Shown: positions 9,376 through 18,761 of the stretch, piece after piece
Numbering within the stretch: the first letter of the stretch is position 1
How the letters are laid out: every line of letters starts with the position of its first letter
Assembly: GCA_965248575.1 (NCBI GenBank)
Contig: CBDFJQ010000002.1
Coordinates: 2,336,001 to 2,400,000 of the forward strand
Source: Planctomycetota bacterium
GTDB taxonomy: Bacteria > Planctomycetota > B15-G4
DNA length: 64,000 bases
Direction: 5' to 3'
The notes under the pieces: model-generated
Databases searched by the model: none
Seen by the model: only the letters and a program-made list of their open reading frames with translations
What the model was told of the DNA's origin: nothing
Made by a program: the position numbers and the translations under genes

Positions 9376-10847
9376 CAGCGGCTCCGTGCCGAGGGTCTGG
9401 TGCGCGAGGGTTTGCGAGGCGGTGTCGTTTGGCTCGCGGCGTCCATCCAAAGGTAGGCCGTCGCCAAGCTGCGATGCGGCCGCCAGGCTTCTGCGATCTG
9501 TTCCAGCTCCTTCGCGGACATCGGCTCGCTGCGACCGAGCCTGCGGGCTGCGTTCTTGCGCAGGCCGAGGTCCCCGGAGGGGAAAGCATCCGGATGACCA
9601 AACACACGAGCGGCCATCAGGTGCGCCGTCCACGGGCCGATCCCCGGCACGGCCTGCAAGCTCTCGAGAGTTTCCTCCAGGGGAGAGCAGCGAGACAGAT
9701 CCAGATCGCCCCGAGCCACGGCTCGGGCGAACGCACTGACGGTCCTCGCCCGTGCGCCGGGCACGCCGAGCTTGTCGAGCTTCGCATCCGCCAGCACGGC
9801 AGCACTGGGAAACAGCCTCGAAAGCCCGCCGGGTAGCGCCGCCTGCACGGGGACGCCAAAGCGTTCGGCCAGTCGCCCTGCGATGGTCGAGGCACCCGCC
9901 ACGCTGACCTGCTGCCCGACGATGATGCGCACGGCGGTTTCGAAGCGATCCCAAGCCCCGAGCAAGCGCAGGCCCGGGCGCTGACGAACCGAAGGCCCCA
10001 GCAGGGCGTCTCGACCGAGGGATCGCCTCGCGGAGCCCGTGTCCAGGTCGAGTTGGAACAGTTGTCGCACCCGCTGCACGTCGTCAATGATCGAACCGAA
10101 GGTCGGGAGATGCATGGTCACCGCAAGGTGCCCGCCACCACTCTCGCCAGCCTCTACCTCAACGACCCCAGGGAAGCCGCAGGCGTTCATGGTGCGGCGG
10201 TAGACACCTCCGTCCACGGTCTCGACACCCGGTATCGCCCGGGCTCGCAGGTACTGGATGAGCGTGTCCGCCTCCAGCGCTCCCCGATACGGAACGCGAA
10301 GTCTCAGCCCTCCATCCAGCGCGTCCAGGGGCACGCCACGAGTGCGTTTGGAACGCAGCTCGGTGGGAGTGAAGGCGAAGAGCTCGCGCATCACGCGGTT
10401 CATCTGCCGCAGGCTCGAGAAGCCTGCTGCGAAGGCAATGTCCAGCACGCTGAGCTCCGTCTCGTCCAACAACCTGCGCGCGAGATGGGCGCGACGAGCT
10501 CGTGCCACGAAGTCAGGGGAAGCACCGATGTGTTCATCGAACAGGCGCGCCAGGTGCCGGCTGCTGTACCCGGTGCGCTCGGCGAGCTGTTCGACCTTCG
10601 CCGAATCCAGGAAGCCCTCGGCGACCAGGCGCAAGGCCTGCGACAACTCGGGAGGCGGGTCACCTCTCTCCAAGCCGCCCAGCGGGCCCTCAGGTAGACG
10701 GTCAGGGCGGCAGAGCAGGCACGGACGGAAACCCGCCGCCATGGCGGCCACCGCGCTGCGCACAGGTTGGACGTTCTGCGCTTGCGGCCGGGCCGGGCAA
10801 TCGGCGCGGCAGTAGATTCCGGTCGTGAGCACACCCTGTAGCTGCAT
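9375..10847 (-). CDS. alkA: Fusion of Ada Zn-binding domain, AraC domain and AlkA DNA-3-methyladenine glycosylase
   Basis: TTGIYCRADCPA...GFRPCLLCRP Zn motif; AraC HTH (IAFAAGFSSLRQMN); HhH-GPD PGIGPWTA...DAFPSGDLGL. Confidence 0.92.
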   Translation of the reverse strand: MQLQGVLTTGIYCRADCPARPQAQNVQPVRSAVAAMAAGFRPCLLCRPDRLPEGPLGGLERGDPPPELSQALRLVAEGFLDSAKVEQLAERTGYSSRHLARLFDEHIGASPDFVARARRAHLARRLLDETELSVLDIAFAAGFSSLRQMNRVMRELFAFTPTELRSKRTRGVPLDALDGGLRLRVPYRGALEADTLIQYLRARAIPGVETVDGGVYRRTMNACGFPGVVEVEAGESGGGHLAVTMHLPTFGSIIDDVQRVRQLFQLDLDTGSARRSLGRDALLGPSVRQRPGLRLLGAWDRFETAVRIIVGQQVSVAGASTIAGRLAERFGVPVQAALPGGLSRLFPSAAVLADAKLDKLGVPGARARTVSAFARAVARGDLDLSRCSPLEETLESLQAVPGIGPWTAHLMAARVFGHPDAFPSGDLGLRKNAARRLGRSEPMSAKELEQIAEAWRPHRSLATAYLWMDAASQTTPPRKPSRTRPSARSR

Positions 10848-11041
10848 GGGCCCAGTGTCGCCTGAGTCCGGCGCTCGATGCTCGCCAGATCTGGACATTT
10901 GCCCGGACGCCAGCAGCGCCTGCCCCAAGCCATGGACTCCCGGCATGCGTGATAGGATCTTGAGCGGAAAGAAGACGTGCGGAGAAGCCGCCGCACTCTG
11001 TTGCCGCACCACGTTGCCGCACCAAGCCTTGGAGACACAGG

Positions 11042-11788
11042 ATGCTGCCCAACCGTCGAAGTCTGATCTCGATTCCTCTGCTACTGATTGGCTTGGGAGC
11101 ACCCACGCTCAGCGCTCAACAAACCCACGTCATCCAACAGATCCAGAGCACCTTCGTGCCCAACTTCGTGACGGCCAAGGTCGGCGACTCCATCCGCTGG
11201 GTGCGCACCGGCGGCACCCACACCGTCACCGAGGGCACGCCCCCCGTCTCCGGCACCGGAGCGGAAGCCTTCGACGCACCCCTCGACGCCGCCAATCCGG
11301 AGTTCCTTTTGGTGGTGGATGAGGACTTCTTGTGCGGTTTCCCGCAACCCAACAACAACCTCTACAACTTCTACTGCATCCCCCACGCACCGGGGATGAA
11401 GGGCCAGTTCCGGGTGCAGAGCCCCTGGCTGCCCCTGTTCAATGCACTGCCGGGAACGCTGGGGGCGCCCCGCCTGTGCGGCTTCGGTCCGCTGACCGAG
11501 GGCACCGAGTTGAGCCTCACGCTCTCCAATGCGCTGCCCAACGCCTTGGGCGGCGTTTTCCTCGGCCTCACCCAGGGCAACGCGCCGTTCTACGGTGGCA
11601 CCCTGGTGCCCTTTCCGTTGCAGGCCGCGGTCTACTTCAACACGGGCCCTGCCGGTGAGTTTGGCGGCGGCACCCTCGTCTCACCTGGGCTCATCGGAGC
11701 CTTCGCCTACCTTCAGGCAGCGGTCGATGACCCGGGGGCCGTCGAGGGCATCGCCCTGAGCAACGCGATCCGCGCCCGCTTCCAGTAG
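11042..11788 (+). CDS. Secreted cupredoxin (plastocyanin-like blue copper protein) plus shared CTD
   Basis: Signal peptide; HTVT...YNFYCIPHAPGMKG type-1 Cu ligands; CTD ends GIALSNAIRARFQ. Confidence 0.85.
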   Translation: MLPNRRSLISIPLLLIGLGAPTLSAQQTHVIQQIQSTFVPNFVTAKVGDSIRWVRTGGTHTVTEGTPPVSGTGAEAFDAPLDAANPEFLLVVDEDFLCGFPQPNNNLYNFYCIPHAPGMKGQFRVQSPWLPLFNALPGTLGAPRLCGFGPLTEGTELSLTLSNALPNALGGVFLGLTQGNAPFYGGTLVPFPLQAAVYFNTGPAGEFGGGTLVSPGLIGAFAYLQAAVDDPGAVEGIALSNAIRARFQ

Positions 11789-11883
11789 ATCTTCCGGACA
11801 ACTGACACAAAAGCAGCAGGCCGGGAACGGACCGACAATCATTCATCTGACTCAGCTCCTTGGCCCCTGACACTATCCGCTCG

Positions 11884-14508
11884 ATGAGCCAGAGTTTCGA
11901 AGATCGCCACGATCGCGCACGCCGGCTGCTCGTCGAGTTCATGGCTCAGGGCGGCACGATCAGCGACAGCCAGGCGCTCCGGCACCTGTGCGAACTGCAT
12001 GAGGATGTTGCCCCCCAGATCCACGCCCATGCGGCGAGCTTGCTCGGTGAGGACTTTCTTCCCCAAGATCTGGACTCGGAGTCGAAGCGCGCCCTGGAGG
12101 TTCAGCGCCGCGAACTGATGACCCGGGACGACGTCCCACGCCGCCTTATCGTCAAAGGAGTCATCGGGCGTGGCGGCATGTCCGTAGTCCGGAGCGCATG
12201 GGATCGGGACCTGGATCGCGACGTGGCGCTCAAGCATCCAGCCGCCCCGCAAGAGATCGACGAGGCCTTTCCTGCCTCATCACAGACCCCCGACTATGAA
12301 GTCAGCGTCTCCATGCGACGGTTCCTCGACGAGGCGCATCTGACCGCCTCCTTGGAACACCCCGCGATCGTTCCTGTGCATACCATCGGCGCAGATCAGT
12401 CTGGTCGTCCGTACTTCACCATGAAGCTGGTGAAGGGCGTGACCTTCGAGTCCATTGCGCGCTGGGCCCGGGAGTCCCGTGAGGGCTGGACTTTGAACTC
12501 AGCCCTCGAAGTGTTGCTGCGCATAACCGATGCCCTCGCCTACGCGCACAGCTGTCACATCATTCACCGTGACGTGAAGCCTCGAAACATCATGGTCGGA
12601 GAGTTCGGCAGCGCCTACCTCATGGATTGGGGCCTGGCACGGCGAATGGGGGACGACTGGTCTGCATCCCAAGCAGCGGCAGGCTCCGATGCCATCGCGC
12701 GCACCACGCCCGAACCGTCGACCGCACTGACCCGTGCCAGGGGCGTTGTGGGTACCGTCCCCTTCATGTCCCCAGAGCAAGCAGCAGGCGCCACCGTCAA
12801 CGAGCTAACCGACGTTTACTCCATCGGCGCTGTCCTCTACTTCCTCCTGAGCGGAAAGGAGCCCTACCCGCCAGGGACGCTCCCCAACACCGTGGTGACG
12901 GAGGCCCCACCTCCTCTCTCGGAAGTCGTCGGCACACACCAAAGTTCAGAGCTCGTCGAGCTCTGCAATACGGCGATGGCAAGACAGCCCGAGCATCGGT
13001 TCGACTCTGCCGTTGAAGTGGCGCGATCACTGCGCGATTACCTGGAAGACGCAAGCGAGGATCGCCAAGCTGCCATCCGGCAAGCCCGCCGCGCTCGCTT
13101 GCAAGCGCAACGGTTGCGGGATGTCCTGGGACGTCGGGCTCCGAGTGTGGCCAAGGGGAAAGAGGTCACCGTTCGCGAGGCCATTGAGGACCTGGCCAGC
13201 TCCATCAACGCCGACAACCACCCCACACCGGATGACGAGGCCTACGACCGGGAGACCCTCGGTTGCCTGTTTCGTGAACTGGGAGAGCTAGCACGTGCCG
13301 AAGAGCACCTCGGCAAGGCATGCCAGCTCTACACCGATGAGGCCGACAGGCTCGGGTGTGCCGTTGAATTCGGCCTCGTGTTGGACCGCCTGAGGAGAAC
13401 AGAGACCTACGAGCACATGAAAACCAATCGCGAACGGCTGCTCGCCTCTGTCGGCCCCGCACATTCCTACTCGATTCGCCAGGCGTATCTTCTTGCCGAG
13501 CATGTTCGACGGGTTCGTGGTGACTTGGCCGAAGCCGAAGCGCTGTACCAGGCCGTCATCAGCCAACGCGAATCCCAGACGGGTGGTCGCTACGACCTTC
13601 AACTCGTGGAGGCACGACTCGGGCTTGGGCTCTGCATGCTTCAACGGGGGTTGACCGACCAAGCCCTTGAGGCTCTCGAGAGCTGCCACCGTCAGCTGGA
13701 GGAGAATGAGTCGGAGTCATTCCCCCTCACGATCTATGCGGCCATCGACCTCGCCAAGGCGCTCGACATGGCAGGGGAGCTCACAAGAGCCGAGGCCTAC
13801 CTTGCGAAAGCCGTCTCGATGCTGGGACGCGTCATGGGCCCCGAACATCCCGACACCCTTCTGGCAAAGAACAACCTGGCGAAGGTTTGGATTCGCGGAG
13901 ATCGCCTCGCGGAAGCAGAAGACCTCCTGACAGAGACCCTCAGCTGTCTTGAGAACGGCGATGTCAACGAACGAGACACGACACGCATGTTCGTGATGGC
14001 AAATCTTGGGCTGGCCAAGAGCCTGAACAAGGCGCCTCTCGAAGGCGAGAAGCTCCTGCGAGACGTCCTGCGTCTCACGGAACGCTCCCTCGACGCCCAC
14101 CATCCCTACACGGCGCTGTTCAGGCTCTGTCTGGCAACTTCGCTTGAAGCGCAAGGTCGCGTCGAGGAAGCGACCTCCGAGCTCCAGGAAGTCGTAGCGG
14201 CCCAGTCGCCGACGCACGGTTCGGTCTCGCGCCAGTTCAGGGAAGCGGCCACGAGGTTGGATGCCCACCTGGAAGATCTGGGACGCGCAGCAGAGCGAGA
14301 CAGGCTGCGCAGCTCGATCGGCCATTCGCTCCAAGGCGTCGGCCTGCATGAGGAAGCGGTTGATTGGCTGGTTCGAGCGTCGGCGGGTTTGGCGGCCCGG
14401 CTTGGGGAGGACCATCCAGCCACTCTGGACATCGAAGCCGCCATTCAGACTTCTCGCGACGCACGAGCGCTTCATCAGGACCCAGAAGAAAGCCGGCGAT
14501 CACCCTAG
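11884..14508 (+). CDS. Hanks-type Ser/Thr protein kinase with C-terminal TPR repeats
   Basis: GRGGMSVV, VALK, HRDVKPRN, DWG, GTVPFMSPE; TPR repeats such as GPEHPDTLLAKNNLA; no obvious TM segment. Confidence 0.92.
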   Translation: MSQSFEDRHDRARRLLVEFMAQGGTISDSQALRHLCELHEDVAPQIHAHAASLLGEDFLPQDLDSESKRALEVQRRELMTRDDVPRRLIVKGVIGRGGMSVVRSAWDRDLDRDVALKHPAAPQEIDEAFPASSQTPDYEVSVSMRRFLDEAHLTASLEHPAIVPVHTIGADQSGRPYFTMKLVKGVTFESIARWARESREGWTLNSALEVLLRITDALAYAHSCHIIHRDVKPRNIMVGEFGSAYLMDWGLARRMGDDWSASQAAAGSDAIARTTPEPSTALTRARGVVGTVPFMSPEQAAGATVNELTDVYSIGAVLYFLLSGKEPYPPGTLPNTVVTEAPPPLSEVVGTHQSSELVELCNTAMARQPEHRFDSAVEVARSLRDYLEDASEDRQAAIRQARRARLQAQRLRDVLGRRAPSVAKGKEVTVREAIEDLASSINADNHPTPDDEAYDRETLGCLFRELGELARAEEHLGKACQLYTDEADRLGCAVEFGLVLDRLRRTETYEHMKTNRERLLASVGPAHSYSIRQAYLLAEHVRRVRGDLAEAEALYQAVISQRESQTGGRYDLQLVEARLGLGLCMLQRGLTDQALEALESCHRQLEENESESFPLTIYAAIDLAKALDMAGELTRAEAYLAKAVSMLGRVMGPEHPDTLLAKNNLAKVWIRGDRLAEAEDLLTETLSCLENGDVNERDTTRMFVMANLGLAKSLNKAPLEGEKLLRDVLRLTERSLDAHHPYTALFRLCLATSLEAQGRVEEATSELQEVVAAQSPTHGSVSRQFREAATRLDAHLEDLGRAAERDRLRSSIGHSLQGVGLHEEAVDWLVRASAGLAARLGEDHPATLDIEAAIQTSRDARALHQDPEESRRSP

Positions 14509-14554
14509 GGCGATCGCCGACTCTGAGAACCCGCTGACATGCTCTGATCGTTGC

Positions 14555-16165
14555 TCAGGGAGCCGTCCCAGACAGGGTGTTCGTCAGGCATTCGTTCTGG
14601 CTGGCCGCGCTGTCGTCCACTCGCATCTGGAAGTAGAGAGTCGACCCAGACGGCATGACACTCGGCCACGTGAAGGAGAACGTCGCCTCGCCGCTGCCAT
14701 CAGATTGGAGCGCCACGAGATTCTGGGGGACGGGCGCGATCACACCGTGTGTCGGATCGACGCTGAGGGCGTCGCCGATGACCAGCACCACGTTCGTGCT
14801 CTCCAACGCGTTCGACAGTTCCAGCAGGACCTGGCTCCCCGGGAGCAAGCCGCCACGCCCGTCGAGGTCCGGAACCCCATAGGTACCCGCCGTTCCGTTG
14901 GACTCCGCCTCCCAAGGAGTGAAGGACAGGCACGTGATCATGGCTTCATTCGACCCAGGCCCCGTGGACACGACGAGCAGATCGGCGAGATCATCCCCGT
15001 CGACATCCCCCAGCGCTTCGACGTCAGAGCCGAACAGGCTTCCAGCTCCCGGCCCATGGATCGTGTGCAGCTTGGCGCCACTGGCACCCGAGTACACATG
15101 AACCGCACCCGAGGACGCCCCGTTGATGCTCTTGAGAGATTCGCCCACTGCATAGTCAGACTGCCCGTCTCCGTCCACGTCGCCGACGTGGCTGAGCTCT
15201 TCGGCATAACCCGTACCGGTCGATGTCGCCACATGCTCACGAATCAGGAGGCCCGTAGCCCCTGAGTGAACGCGGAGGTAGGGAGCACGAAGAGGTGCGC
15301 CTGCCGGAACCGCAGCGATGAGCACATCGATGGTCCCATCGCCGTCGACGTCATCGAGATGTTCGATGGAACTCCCAAAGCGATCGTCCGCGACCGCACC
15401 GGAGATGGTCAGGGCGACCGACATGTCGCTGGGAGCCAGCACGAGCACGTATCCGGTGCCTCCGTTGGCCGTCTGAGGAGCCGCCACCATGGGGTCGGGT
15501 TCATGGTCGGGCATGAGGATTGGATCCGGCAGATCCTGGCCAAGGTGATCACCCGCAGAAACACCCAACTGTTCACCGAGCTCCGTTCCGTCGTCGCCCG
15601 AGAACACGGCGACCCGCCCGGCATCCACCCCGCCGGCGTCATCGCGGGGAGCCCCGACCATCAAGTCCGGAGTCCCGTCGTTGTCGAGGTCACCAAAGAC
15701 TCCGACCGCGGTGCCAAACAGATCGCCCGCGGAGTCTCCGACAGCCGTCCAGAGCAAAGTGCCGCTTGCACCGGAGTAGGCACTGACTCGTCCCGCTGTG
15801 CTGCTCGATGTGGTACCAGGAGCCCCGACCAGAACGTCCGTCGTGCCGTCTCCATCGAGGTCTCCGGCTGCGGCAAGAGCAGAACCGAAGAGATCGGCGC
15901 CGGTGGGCGCAAGCAGTTGTCGAATGACCGCGCCGTCCGCCCCGGAGCGGATCTCTGCCACACCCACCGAGTTGCCGGGCGTGCCCGACGGAAGGCCGAC
16001 TGCAAAGTCGACGACACCATCGCCGTCGATGTCATGCAGAGCGGCCACCGCACCGACGTCCGCTTGCGTTGCCGATACACTGGCGGCGAAGGGAACTTCC
16101 TGAGCCGTCATTTGTAGCGGTCCCACGACTGCCAGCCAGACACATGCGTAGAAGATCTTCTGCAT
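14555..16165 (-). CDS. Secreted FG-GAP (integrin-alpha-like) seven-bladed beta-propeller plus shared CTD
   Basis: Signal peptide; about 7 repeats of type FGSAL..GDLDGDG..DVLVGAP (one degenerate); CTD ends LYFQMRVDD...CLTNTLSGTAP. Confidence 0.88.
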   Translation of the reverse strand: MQKIFYACVWLAVVGPLQMTAQEVPFAASVSATQADVGAVAALHDIDGDGVVDFAVGLPSGTPGNSVGVAEIRSGADGAVIRQLLAPTGADLFGSALAAAGDLDGDGTTDVLVGAPGTTSSSTAGRVSAYSGASGTLLWTAVGDSAGDLFGTAVGVFGDLDNDGTPDLMVGAPRDDAGGVDAGRVAVFSGDDGTELGEQLGVSAGDHLGQDLPDPILMPDHEPDPMVAAPQTANGGTGYVLVLAPSDMSVALTISGAVADDRFGSSIEHLDDVDGDGTIDVLIAAVPAGAPLRAPYLRVHSGATGLLIREHVATSTGTGYAEELSHVGDVDGDGQSDYAVGESLKSINGASSGAVHVYSGASGAKLHTIHGPGAGSLFGSDVEALGDVDGDDLADLLVVSTGPGSNEAMITCLSFTPWEAESNGTAGTYGVPDLDGRGGLLPGSQVLLELSNALESTNVVLVIGDALSVDPTHGVIAPVPQNLVALQSDGSGEATFSFTWPSVMPSGSTLYFQMRVDDSAASQNECLTNTLSGTAP

Positions 16166-16274
16166 CGTTCTTCTCCCGATTTTCGTGAGGTATGGACGGA
16201 CCCTTCCCAGGGCGTGTGACGTAGGTGCCCTGCTTCAGGCAGGGCGCGCGGCGAACCCCTGAGGAGGGGTCAGC

Positions 16275-17069
16275 TCAGCTGGTGCTCTCGCGATAGTGCT
16301 GCCGCATGAGCCGATACAGCTCGTTCCACGCGCGAGAAATCGCCATGCGCGCGGCATCCGGCGTCAGGTCTCGTTCGGCTGCGATCTCTGCAGCCGTAGC
16401 ACCCGACATGGATCGGCGAACAAGGCTCGCCGTCTTCTCGGGCAGGAGCCCGATCTTGGTTTCGAGGATGTCCCGCGCTTCCTGCGTCATCGCCAGGCGC
16501 GCCGGATCATCGGCGCTGGGCGCGTGAGCAACGTCGAGGCTATGGGGCGTGCGACCGACGCGACGTTGCTCTGCGCGCTTTGCGGACGTGAGTCGCCGGT
16601 AGTGATCCAGCGCCTTGTTCTTGATGCGCCTGGCGATCTGCGCGATGAAGTGCTCCTCAGATCGGAACTCGATGGAGTGCACACCCGGAAAGAGCGTGCC
16701 CACCATGGAGACGGCGAGGTCATCCGCTTCGAGGGCGGCCTTCAGGTGCGGCACGCTGTTCACGAAACGCTGCGCCTTCTTCAAGGCAATCGGAAGCACA
16801 TAGCCGGCGAACTCGTTCTCGAGCTGCTGGTGTGTGCGCCCTGCGTGATTGATGACGGTGAGCACCGCATGGGTCGTGGATGACCCGGCGCGTAGCAACG
16901 ACTCGACCTCCGCAGCCGCCTCCGCTGTTCTCATGAACTCCGCGCTGTGGGCTCCCAGGTTCTGCTCGGCCCAGCTGACGGCCTCTTCCATCTGGTCCTT
17001 CATGGGTCGTGCCTCGTCGCTCATTGAGGGGCTTTCGGTCCGGTGTTCGCATGTTTGCTGTGCATCCAT
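16275..17069 (-). CDS. ECF-type RNA polymerase sigma factor with N-terminal extension
   Basis: Sigma2-like EADDLAVS...IARRIKNKALDHYRR; sigma4 HTH GATAAEIAAERDLTPDAARMAISRA; start at 17069 fits a leaderless transcript, alternatives are 17024 and 17003. Confidence 0.8.
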   Translation of the reverse strand: MDAQQTCEHRTESPSMSDEARPMKDQMEEAVSWAEQNLGAHSAEFMRTAEAAAEVESLLRAGSSTTHAVLTVINHAGRTHQQLENEFAGYVLPIALKKAQRFVNSVPHLKAALEADDLAVSMVGTLFPGVHSIEFRSEEHFIAQIARRIKNKALDHYRRLTSAKRAEQRRVGRTPHSLDVAHAPSADDPARLAMTQEARDILETKIGLLPEKTASLVRRSMSGATAAEIAAERDLTPDAARMAISRAWNELYRLMRQHYRESTS

Positions 17070-17078
17070 GCCCTCTCA

Positions 17079-17123
17079 CACGCAGAGCGGAGCTCTCTCG
17101 AACAAGCAGATCTGGTTTTTTCG
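17079..17123 (-). promoter_or_regulatory. Putative ECF promoter of the sigma gene (A-tract, -35 TGTTCG, -10 CGTG)
   Basis: Minus strand reads CGAAAAA-N12-TGTTCGAG-N12-TGCGTG and ends 9 nt before ATG 17069. Confidence 0.7.
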
Positions 17124-17191
17124 GGCTTCACGACATGAAGAACATACAGCGCCCCTTATTGGCGTGGGAATCGGCTGTTGGGAGCGTTCCT

Positions 17192-17236
17192 CGAAAAAGA
17201 TGGAGGGATCTGTTCGAGCGGCAGCCGCCTTGCGTG
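17192..17236 (+). promoter_or_regulatory. Putative ECF promoter of the Gly-rich gene (same motif)
   Basis: Plus strand reads CGAAAAA-GATGGAGGGATC-TGTTCGAG-CGGCAGCCGCCT-TGCGTG. Confidence 0.7.
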
Positions 17237-17311
17237 GAGGGGGGCGAGACATGCCCGTTGGGACGGACCGGCGGGTGACCTCAGCCCCTTATCTCCCGGA
17301 AGGAGATCCCC

Positions 17312-18667
17312 ATGCTGTACGCACTCGCAGCGGCGACCCTGTCGCTCCTACCCCAAAGTGACCTGTCGATCCCGCAGGTCCACGTCCTGGAACTCGAAGG
17401 GGACCATATGGTCCCGGAGTTCTACGTCCCAGCAGGCGACCGCATCTCCTTCGCCAACGATCTCCAGATCACGAGCGCGGGAGACATCGTCATCGAGGGT
17501 GAGATCCTCGCGGACGATCGAGCGGAGCGGGATCTTTCTCGCGGCATGCAAGCCCCGCGACTCGAGCTACGCAGCGACACGCAGATTGTCGTGAACGGTC
17601 TCATTGTCGGCGGCAAGGGGCGTTCGGGTTCCTTGAGTCCGACGGCCTTGTCCTACATTGGTCATGTCGACTCTCGAGTCAGCCTCTCAGCTGTCGAGGA
17701 TCTGCTCATGCGCACACTGACCTTCGTCGGCGCTCCTGACCAGTTGGAGGTAGTGCTCTCGGGCGGCCAGGGCTCCGACATCCTGTTGAGCGCACCTCGC
17801 GTGATCATCGACGGCCTCGTCATCGGCGGTGAAGGTGGCCGCGGCGGGCCCGGCGGCGCCATGGGCGGACCAGGTGGTGACGTGCTGGTCGAGGGCATGC
17901 TGCTCACATCCACCGTTGACGACGACTTTGAGGTCATGGCGGGCAAGGGCGGCAACGCTGGGCCGTCGGCCTTGGGACTGCGCTCAGGCTTCGGGGGTGC
18001 GGGTGGAGATGGTGGCGACTTGACTCTCGCTGCAGCAACTCTCGGCACCCTGCGGCCTTGGATGCCCCCGGTGATTCTTGAGGCCGATGGCTCAAATGGT
18101 GCTGCCGGCGCTGATGTCACCGGCGGACATGGTGGTGCTGGTACCGCAGGCACGTCCGGAACGTCATGTGCCGGTGCCAACGGGACCGCCGGAGGTCACG
18201 GTGGCGACGGTGGCGATGCCACAGGTGGTGATGGTGGTGCTGGCGGCCCCGGCAGCAATGGCTGTAGCACCCCGGAAGCAGGTGGCAATGGCGGCAAGGG
18301 CGGTCGCGGTGGCCGAGGCACCGGCGGAAACGGCGGTGCAGGTGGTGACGGCGGGGATGGCTTCATCAGCATAGAGTGCTCCGGCGCAGGAGGCGCGGGT
18401 GGCAATGGAGGAGCGGGAGGTGATGGGGTCGGAGGCAAGGGTGGCTGGGGTGGCTTTGGTGGTCCCGGATGCCCCTCGGGCAGCCCCGGCAACGGTGGCC
18501 GCCCAGGCGCTGGGAAGGCAGGCGAAGGTGGCATCGGCGGCCTGGCAGGCACCGGCGACCCAGGCGGTGTGAGCGGAAACTCCGGGGCTGCAGGCTCTGG
18601 GACCAATGGGAGCGTAGGAACGTCCGGGGGCGGAACCGGCAGCTGCAACCCGCCCTGCGAGCAGTAG
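17312..18667 (+). CDS. Secreted glycine-rich (PE_PGRS-like GGxGGxGG) protein
   Basis: GAAGGAG RBS; short hydrophobic N-terminus; C-terminal ~190 aa of GGxGGx repeats with interspersed Cys; ends CNPPCEQ. Confidence 0.8.
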   Translation: MLYALAAATLSLLPQSDLSIPQVHVLELEGDHMVPEFYVPAGDRISFANDLQITSAGDIVIEGEILADDRAERDLSRGMQAPRLELRSDTQIVVNGLIVGGKGRSGSLSPTALSYIGHVDSRVSLSAVEDLLMRTLTFVGAPDQLEVVLSGGQGSDILLSAPRVIIDGLVIGGEGGRGGPGGAMGGPGGDVLVEGMLLTSTVDDDFEVMAGKGGNAGPSALGLRSGFGGAGGDGGDLTLAAATLGTLRPWMPPVILEADGSNGAAGADVTGGHGGAGTAGTSGTSCAGANGTAGGHGGDGGDATGGDGGAGGPGSNGCSTPEAGGNGGKGGRGGRGTGGNGGAGGDGGDGFISIECSGAGGAGGNGGAGGDGVGGKGGWGGFGGPGCPSGSPGNGGRPGAGKAGEGGIGGLAGTGDPGGVSGNSGAAGSGTNGSVGTSGGGTGSCNPPCEQ

Positions 18668-18761
18668 GTCGACGTCAGCAATCAGACAATGACCCAAGAC
18701 GCCGAGGGGAATCTCATTCCCCTCGGCGTTCTTCCACAACCCACCGGTATTCTCGAACGCC

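Noticed and set aside
9376..9954. N-terminal extension of ogt in the ORF track
   Set aside because: Overlaps alkA in another frame; the TGATG coupling at 9375 gives a normal-length Ogt.
16225..16247. GCCCTGC-TTCAG-GCAGGGC hairpin between the sigma and FG-GAP genes
   Set aside because: No U-tract on the coding strand, so it cannot be called a terminator; it may be a processing or stability element.
18080..18660. GGCGGT-rich repetitive DNA as a possible CRISPR array or tandem repeat
   Set aside because: It is irregular Gly-codon repetition inside a CDS, with no repeat-spacer periodicity and no cas genes.
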